A stretch of 64,000 nucleotides of DNA. It comes from Candidatus Uhrbacteria bacterium GW2011_GWE2_46_68. GTDB lineage: Bacteria > Patescibacteriota > Patescibacteriia > UBA9934 > GWF2-40-263. The translations under genes and the position numbers were made by a program. Shown one piece after another: positions 58,418 to 64,000 of the stretch. The stretch is taken from assembly GCA_001002765.1 (NCBI GenBank), contig LCMS01000005.1:2562-66561 (forward strand). The letters are read 5' to 3'. The notes below the pieces were generated by a model. It was not told the DNA's origin. It saw only the letters and a program-made list of their open reading frames with translations, and searched no databases. Each line of letters opens with the position of its first letter. The stretch's first letter is position 1.

Positions 58418-59740
58418 ATGTCTCTTTTTCGATCAAGTTTGGAATCCATCCCCTCTGCCACCCCCACGGAGGTGGGGGTCCAGCGCACTTCAGCAAATCT
58501 CCACGAAGCCATCATGGATTCGGTTTCAAGTGTTCGTGATTCTTTGCCCGAACAATATCGCGCACATTTTGAAACTTTGCGACAAGAGATTATTGATTTT
58601 ACAAAAGCTCATGGGATTTCCAGAGAATCTCTTGGCAAGCCCGACCTTCTGCGCGAGGCGACCAGCAAACTTTCCACTTCAGATCTTGAACGACTCGCTC
58701 TCCTTCTTGAGCGTTTTGAATATCTGCTTAAGAATGGGGAACCAAAAGAAGAAAAACTCCCCGAATATTTTCAAGAAGCTGAGCGTCTTTACAATCTTCG
58801 TGAGCAATACACTTCTCAAGTTTCCTTTCTTGAACAGTCTGGCATTCTCAAAGAAGGAGCTATCTTAGGCATAGATGGAAAGATTTATCCCATCCCCACC
58901 TTGGAACAAATCGCCATGCGTCTCTTTGAACGCCGTGAGACTCTCGAGACTAAACACGACCAAGGCTTTACCAAACTTCTTCTTGTTCCCTTTGGCATGA
59001 GCCTTGATAGCCTCCGAGAAACCCTCAAACAATTTCTCATCAAACATAAAGAGTTCCACTCCTCTTTTGATCTTAATGATCACCAACCTCTCTTGGCATG
59101 GTCAGAATATTACGGAGCAGACATAGGGAATTCTCCAAAGCTTGTTTATTATCCACAGTCTTTTACAAAAAAAGGTCATGGGGGGAAGACCAAGATGGAG
59201 ATACTTAAGGAACAAGCCAAAGGACGATGGACCCCTGCCTTTGCAGGGGTGGCAGGAGAGAAGGGATTGAGAACCCCCGGTTGGACGGTTCATCTTCTCC
59301 AACCTTCTAATCCTTCCAATCCACATTCCCCAGGCTTTGCTCCCATTCCCAGACAAGGCCAAGGAACACCCCAAGGAGACCTCATCCTTCGTCATCCTCT
59401 TGAAGCAAACAAAACCCCTATTGAATATCTTTCCATTCTTCAAAAAGCTCAAGAGGATGAAGACTCTCCCTATCATGGTGAAACAGGTATGACTCCCGAA
59501 GATTGGATCATGGCCTTTATGATTCACCTCACAGAAACAGGAAAACCTTTGGATAACTGGGAAAACGGGGGAGAAAGCAGGTCTTATCTTACAGGAGCTT
59601 TTTTTTCTTTCTCCATCTCCATCCTTGTGCCGGGCGCGGGCTGGAGCTGTGACAGTCGTCAGGTTCGCCTCGGATTGGGCGGTCATCGCTCTTCGCTGCA
59701 CGCCATGTTCAATGGAGTGCGGTCTTCGGTGGTGGTTTAA
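58418..59740 (+). CDS. Paralogous family protein, copy 3 (440 aa), function unknown
   Basis: Reference member; shares 50-80% identity blocks with copies at 1-897, 51947-53239, 60936-62252, 62265-63599. Confidence 0.8.
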   Translation: MSLFRSSLESIPSATPTEVGVQRTSANLHEAIMDSVSSVRDSLPEQYRAHFETLRQEIIDFTKAHGISRESLGKPDLLREATSKLSTSDLERLALLLERFEYLLKNGEPKEEKLPEYFQEAERLYNLREQYTSQVSFLEQSGILKEGAILGIDGKIYPIPTLEQIAMRLFERRETLETKHDQGFTKLLLVPFGMSLDSLRETLKQFLIKHKEFHSSFDLNDHQPLLAWSEYYGADIGNSPKLVYYPQSFTKKGHGGKTKMEILKEQAKGRWTPAFAGVAGEKGLRTPGWTVHLLQPSNPSNPHSPGFAPIPRQGQGTPQGDLILRHPLEANKTPIEYLSILQKAQEDEDSPYHGETGMTPEDWIMAFMIHLTETGKPLDNWENGGESRSYLTGAFFSFSISILVPGAGWSCDSRQVRLGLGGHRSSLHAMFNGVRSSVVV

Positions 59741-59841
59741 AACTACTCATTACCAAATCCTCGGATTGTCGATCAATATAAAACTCGCTAGACTGAAGGA
59801 GGTTTAGGAGATCATATTTTCATCAATAGAATCGATTATGT

Positions 59842-60897
59842 ATGCAAGAAACATTCACACAACTCATTGAACAATGCAAAGACGCGCTCAAAGCGGTGAG
59901 AGATCGGGCGGCATTGGAAGCGGTCGAGATAAAATTTTTAGGTCGTAAGGGTGAACTAGCTTCTCTTATGAAGCAACTTGCAACTCTTTCGGACGAAGAA
60001 AAGAAAATCGCCGGCAAAGTCGCCAATGAGACAAAAGAAAAAATAGAGCAGATGATCGCAAAGGCAAAAGAGAAAATCGCGCGTGAAGAAGAAAAGACGC
60101 GTGCCGATCGGGAATGGGTCGATGTGACCGCTCCGGGAGTGTTTCCCAATGAAGGGCATCTTCATCCTATAAGCCAAGCGATTCAGGAGATCACCGATGT
60201 GTTTGCACAAATCGGTTTTGTTTCCGTGCGCGCGCCCGAGATTGATTGGGACTGGTATGTGTTCGAGTCTCTCAATATGCCACCCGATCATCCTGCCCGC
60301 GATGATTGGGAAACGTTTTTTATCGCAGAGACCAAAGGACAAAAGGCGCGTGGAGAAAAAGGACGTTTAGTGCTGACTCCGCATACATCCAATGCCCAAG
60401 TGCGCGAAATGGAAAAAGGGAAGTTACCGATCCGCATGATCAATATCAATCGTACATATCGCCGACAATCCGATCCTTCCCATACTCCCATGTTCCATCA
60501 GTTTGAGGGATTGGTGATTGATGAAGGGATCACGATCGCGCATCTTAAAGGCGTGCTCGATTATTTTGCAAAATCTTTTTTTGGACCCGATCGTCAGATT
60601 CGTTTGCGTCCACATCATTTTCGATTCACCGAGCCGAGTTTTGAAGTGGATATTTCTTGCGGGGCGTGTGGAGGGAAAGGAGCGTGCCGCATCTGTAAAG
60701 CTGGGTGGTTGGAGCTTGGAGGAGCAGGGATGGTACACCCCAATGTGCTCAAGGCCGGGGGATTAGATCCGGAAAAAGTGTCCGGCTTTGCGTTTGGATG
60801 GGGAGTGGAGCGGACCTTGGTTATGAAAGAGGGAACAAAGATCGATGACATCCGCATTTTGTACAAGAACGACTTACGATTTATCAAACAGTTCTAA
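59842..60897 (+). CDS. pheS: Phenylalanyl-tRNA synthetase alpha subunit
   Basis: 351 aa; class II motifs (FRFTEPSFEVD, GWLELGGAGMVHP, FGWGVERT). Confidence 0.9.
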   Translation: MQETFTQLIEQCKDALKAVRDRAALEAVEIKFLGRKGELASLMKQLATLSDEEKKIAGKVANETKEKIEQMIAKAKEKIAREEEKTRADREWVDVTAPGVFPNEGHLHPISQAIQEITDVFAQIGFVSVRAPEIDWDWYVFESLNMPPDHPARDDWETFFIAETKGQKARGEKGRLVLTPHTSNAQVREMEKGKLPIRMININRTYRRQSDPSHTPMFHQFEGLVIDEGITIAHLKGVLDYFAKSFFGPDRQIRLRPHHFRFTEPSFEVDISCGACGGKGACRICKAGWLELGGAGMVHPNVLKAGGLDPEKVSGFAFGWGVERTLVMKEGTKIDDIRILYKNDLRFIKQF

Positions 60898-60935
60898 TAT
60901 CGATGAGAGGATTTTAGATACCATACTGTATTTTT

Positions 60936-62252
60936 ATGTCTCTTTTTCGACCAAGTTTAGAATCCTCTCCGTCTGCCACCCCTGCAGAAGCAGGGGCCCA
61001 GCGCACTTCAGCAAATCTCCACGAAGCCATCATGGATTCGGTTTCAAGTGTCCGTGATTCTTTGCCTGAACAATATCGCGTACATTTTGAAACTTTGCGA
61101 CAAGAGATTATTGATTTTACAAAAGCTCACGGGATTTCCAAAGACGCACTTTCCAATCCCAGCCTCCTTCGCGAGGTGACCTGTAAACTCTCCACTTCAG
61201 ACCTTGAACGACTCGCTCTCCTTCTTGAACGCTTTGAATATCTACTTAAGAATGGGGAACCGAAAAAAGAAGACTATACCGAAACCCTTGAGTATGCCGA
61301 AGAGTTTTATCATCTTCGTGAGCAATACACTTCTCAATTCAACCTTCTTAAAGAAGCGGGAATACTTAAAGAAGGAGTCATCCTAGGTATAGACGGTAAC
61401 ACCTATCCCATTCCCACCTTGGAACAAATCGCTTCTCGTCTCTTTGAACGCCGTGAGACTCTCGAGACTAAACACGACCAAGGCTTTACCAAACTTCTTC
61501 TTGTTCCCTTTGGCATGAGCCTTGATACTCTCCGAAAAACCCTCAAACAATTCCTTCTCAAGTACAAAAAAGATAATCCCTCCTTTGATCTCGATACCGA
61601 TGATCCTGTCTATGCATGGTCAAGCTATCAAGGAGCAGACATTGGGGATTCTCCAAACCTTGTTTATCACCCCAAGTCTTTTGACAAGGATGGACATGGA
61701 GGAAAGACAAAGACGCAGATACTCAAAGAACAAATAGAAGGACGATGGACCCCTGCCTTTGCAGGGGTGGCAGGAGGGAAGGGATTGGGAACCCCAGGTT
61801 GGACGGTTCACCTTCTCCAGCCTTCTGATCCTTCCAATTCACATTCCCTGGGCTTTGCTTCCATTCCCCGTGAAGGCCAAGGAACATCTCAAGGAGACGA
61901 GAACCCCCGCCCACCTTTTGAGGCAGGTAAAACCCCCAATGAATATCTTTCCATTCTTCAAAATGCTCAAAGCGATAAAGACTCTCCCTATCATGGTGAA
62001 ACAGGCATGACTCCCGAAGATTGGATCACAGCTTTTATGATTCATCTTTCGGAAACAGGAAAACCTCTTGATGATGTATGGAACCCCACAAACAAAGAAA
62101 GCATCTCTTACCTCACAGGAGCTTTTTTTCAATCCTGCATCGATGTGCCTTGCGTGTCTTGGCGCCGTGGTTCTCGTCTGGCTGACCTCTACGGGTCTGG
62201 TCCTCATGCTCGGGGTGAGAACTTTGGTTTGCTGTCTTCGGTGGTGGTTTAA
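60936..62252 (+). CDS. Paralogous family protein, copy 4 (438 aa)
   Basis: See copy 3; the first ~95 nt are identical to copy 5. Confidence 0.8.
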   Translation: MSLFRPSLESSPSATPAEAGAQRTSANLHEAIMDSVSSVRDSLPEQYRVHFETLRQEIIDFTKAHGISKDALSNPSLLREVTCKLSTSDLERLALLLERFEYLLKNGEPKKEDYTETLEYAEEFYHLREQYTSQFNLLKEAGILKEGVILGIDGNTYPIPTLEQIASRLFERRETLETKHDQGFTKLLLVPFGMSLDTLRKTLKQFLLKYKKDNPSFDLDTDDPVYAWSSYQGADIGDSPNLVYHPKSFDKDGHGGKTKTQILKEQIEGRWTPAFAGVAGGKGLGTPGWTVHLLQPSDPSNSHSLGFASIPREGQGTSQGDENPRPPFEAGKTPNEYLSILQNAQSDKDSPYHGETGMTPEDWITAFMIHLSETGKPLDDVWNPTNKESISYLTGAFFQSCIDVPCVSWRRGSRLADLYGSGPHARGENFGLLSSVVV

Positions 62253-62264
62253 CCTTTGATGTCT

Positions 62265-63599
62265 ATGTCTCTTTTTCGACCAAGTTTAGAATCCTCTCCG
62301 TCTGCCACCCCTGCAGAAGCAGGGGCCCAGCGCACTTCAGCAAATCTCCACGAAGCCATGATGGATTCGGTTTCAAGCGTTCGTGATTCTTTGCCTGAAC
62401 AATATCACGCACACTTTGAAACTCTGCGACAAGAGATTATTGATTTCACAAAAGTTCATGGGATTCCAAAAGAATCCCTTACCAAGCCCGACCTTCTGCG
62501 CGAGGTGACCTGCAAACTCTCCACTTCAGACCTTGAACGACTCGCCATTCTTCTCGAACGCTTTGAATATCTGCTTAAGAATGGGGAACCAAAGAAAGAA
62601 GAGATAGACCCTGCCAAAGCCATTGAGTATGTAGAGGAGCATTATCATCTTCGTAAACAATACGATTTTCAAGTAGAGCTTCTTGAGGAAGTAGGCATCC
62701 TCAAAGAAGGAGCGATCACGGGTATAAATGGTCATGATTATCCCGTTCCAACCCTCGAACAAATTGCCGTCCGTCTCTTTGAACGCCGCGAAGAACTTTC
62801 CACTAAACACGACCAAGGCTTTACCAAACTCCTCCTTGTTCCCTTTGGTATGAGCCTTGATACTCTCCAAGAAACCATCAAACAATTCCTTCTTAAGTAC
62901 AAGAAGGATCACCCATCTTTTGATCTCAATACCGATAACCCCCTCTGGGCATGGTCAAGCTATCAAGGAGCAGACACGGGGGATTCTCCAAACCTTGTCT
63001 ATTATCCACAGTCTTTTGATGAAAAGGATCATCAAGGAAAGACCAAGATGGAGATACTCAAAGAACAAACAGAAGGACGATGGACCCCTGCCTTTGCAGG
63101 GGTGGCAGGAGGGAAGGGATTGGGAACCCCAGGTTGGACCATTCATCTTCTCCAACCATCAAACCCGAACGAACAAGACATTGAAACTCCAAAAGGCTTT
63201 GCTCCCATTCCCCGACAAGGTAAAGGAAAACCACATCCCTCCCTTCGCGAAGGGAGGGACCGCCCTCCTCTTGAAGCAGGACAATCTTCCAATGAATATC
63301 TTTCCATTCTTCAAAAAGCTCAAGGTGATAAAGACTCTCCCTATTATGGTGAAACAGGCATGACTCCTGAAGACTGGATCATAGCCTTTATGATTCATCT
63401 TTCTGAAACAGGGAAGCCATTAGACAACTATGCAGATGGCACAGAAAGCATCCCCTACTTCACAGGATCTTTTTTCTCTTCCTCCACCTTTGTGCCTTTC
63501 GCGTATTGGCGCCGTGGCGATCGGCGGGTTTACTTCGGCGGGAGTGATCCTCGTGGTCGGGATGTGAACATTGGGGTGCGGTCTTCGGTGGTGGTTTAG
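62265..63599 (+). CDS. Paralogous family protein, copy 5 (start at the homologous MSLFRP; the ORF opens at 62256 with TTG)
   Basis: See copy 3. Confidence 0.8.
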   Translation: MSLFRPSLESSPSATPAEAGAQRTSANLHEAMMDSVSSVRDSLPEQYHAHFETLRQEIIDFTKVHGIPKESLTKPDLLREVTCKLSTSDLERLAILLERFEYLLKNGEPKKEEIDPAKAIEYVEEHYHLRKQYDFQVELLEEVGILKEGAITGINGHDYPVPTLEQIAVRLFERREELSTKHDQGFTKLLLVPFGMSLDTLQETIKQFLLKYKKDHPSFDLNTDNPLWAWSSYQGADTGDSPNLVYYPQSFDEKDHQGKTKMEILKEQTEGRWTPAFAGVAGGKGLGTPGWTIHLLQPSNPNEQDIETPKGFAPIPRQGKGKPHPSLREGRDRPPLEAGQSSNEYLSILQKAQGDKDSPYYGETGMTPEDWIIAFMIHLSETGKPLDNYADGTESIPYFTGSFFSSSTFVPFAYWRRGDRRVYFGGSDPRGRDVNIGVRSSVVV

Positions 63600-63758
63600 T
63601 CCTTGTCCTTTAATCTTTGTCCTTTTTTTATTCTTTATCTTTATCCTTCATCGTATAGTGTCTGGCTGTCATATGTGTGATGACTGATCACACATCAGGA
63701 AAAGATTTTTATCAGCGAATAGTCACCCGATTCAAGTCGGGCTGCCGAGCAATACCAA

Positions 63759-63822
63759 CCATCTTTCCCGCCTAAGGCGACGACGACGCAGCGTCGTCGT
63801 CGCGGCGCGATGGTTGGTATGA
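63759..63822. repeat. Nested perfect palindrome: outer ATACCAACCATC/GATGGTTGGTAT and inner CGACGACGACGC/GCGTCGTCGTCG
   Basis: Seen directly; lies in a ~400-nt non-coding stretch after copy 5. Confidence 0.6.
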
Positions 63823-63942
63823 AGCTTCAAGAACCACCACGAATCAAAAACGTCTCCCCAAAGCGAATGGGTAAACGTGTCTATGGACACATATTGTAAG
63901 GTTGCGACTTTACAAGACTACGGAAAGACGTTTTTGAAACAA

Positions 63943-64000
63943 TTCTCCACCAATGTGCCTTACGCGTATTGGAACCGTGACAATCGGCAGGTTAACTTCA
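63943..64000 (+). pseudogene. C-terminal remnant of a further family copy (FSTNVPYAYWNRDNRQVNF ~ FVPFAYWRRGDRRVYF), with no upstream body; truncated by the window end
   Basis: Translated similarity to the C-termini of copies 3-5; preceded by unrelated sequence. Confidence 0.35.

Noticed and set aside
59160-59200. Possible Walker A-like GHGGKTK in the paralogous family
   Set aside because: Spacing does not fit GxxxxGK[ST] and no Walker B or NTPase fold signals are present.
1-64000. CRISPR arrays, rRNA genes, transposases or integrases
   Set aside because: No regularly spaced direct repeats, no rRNA-like sequence, and no ORF with DDE or tyrosine-recombinase motifs were found. The repeated elements present are the three intergenic stem-loops and the protein-coding paralogues.

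Overview
This window reads as a small-genome, CPR-like bacterium. The first 19 kb are the str/S10/spc ribosomal superoperon on the + strand: rpsL-rpsG-fusA, then an inserted methyltransferase and a hypothetical gene, then tuf, rpsJ, rplC-D-W-B, rpsS, rplV, rpsC, rplP, rpmC, rpsQ, rplN-X-E, rpsN, rpsH, rplF-R, rpsE, rplO (no rpmD/L30), secY, adk, map, and finally ruvX and recO. The rest holds housekeeping genes (asnS and an archaeal-type aspS in tandem, scpAB, a D-Ala-D-Ala carboxypeptidase, a GT4 glycosyltransferase, gpmI, xth, recG, radA, clpC, htpX-lemA, a phosphohexomutase, tyrS, rseP, pheS) and three tRNAs (Leu-CAA, Met-CAT, Arg-GCG).

Two things stand out.

1. Coordinates 19.8-26.1 kb hold a compositionally distinct, GC-rich minus-strand cluster. 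It encodes two WD40/beta-propeller proteins with related C-terminal tails, an 880-aa protein with a C-terminal AAA+ ATPase and an uncharacterised N-terminal region, an orphan NrdG-like radical-SAM activase, and two small unknowns. The three downstream genes are each preceded by the same ~55-nt intergenic stem-loop element, and the inner hairpin of that element covaries between copies. I read this as a candidate undescribed multi-gene module.

2. An unrecognised ~440-aa paralogous protein family is present at seven loci. One copy is a frameshifted fragment at the window start, one sits between htpX and clpC, three lie in a tandem array around pheS, and one is a C-terminal remnant at the window end. 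The copies show gene-conversion-like identity at their 5' ends. A GC-rich hairpin 30-60 nt inside the coding sequence covaries between copies, even where the protein sequence is not conserved.

No CRISPR array, rRNA or clear transposase or integrase was seen.
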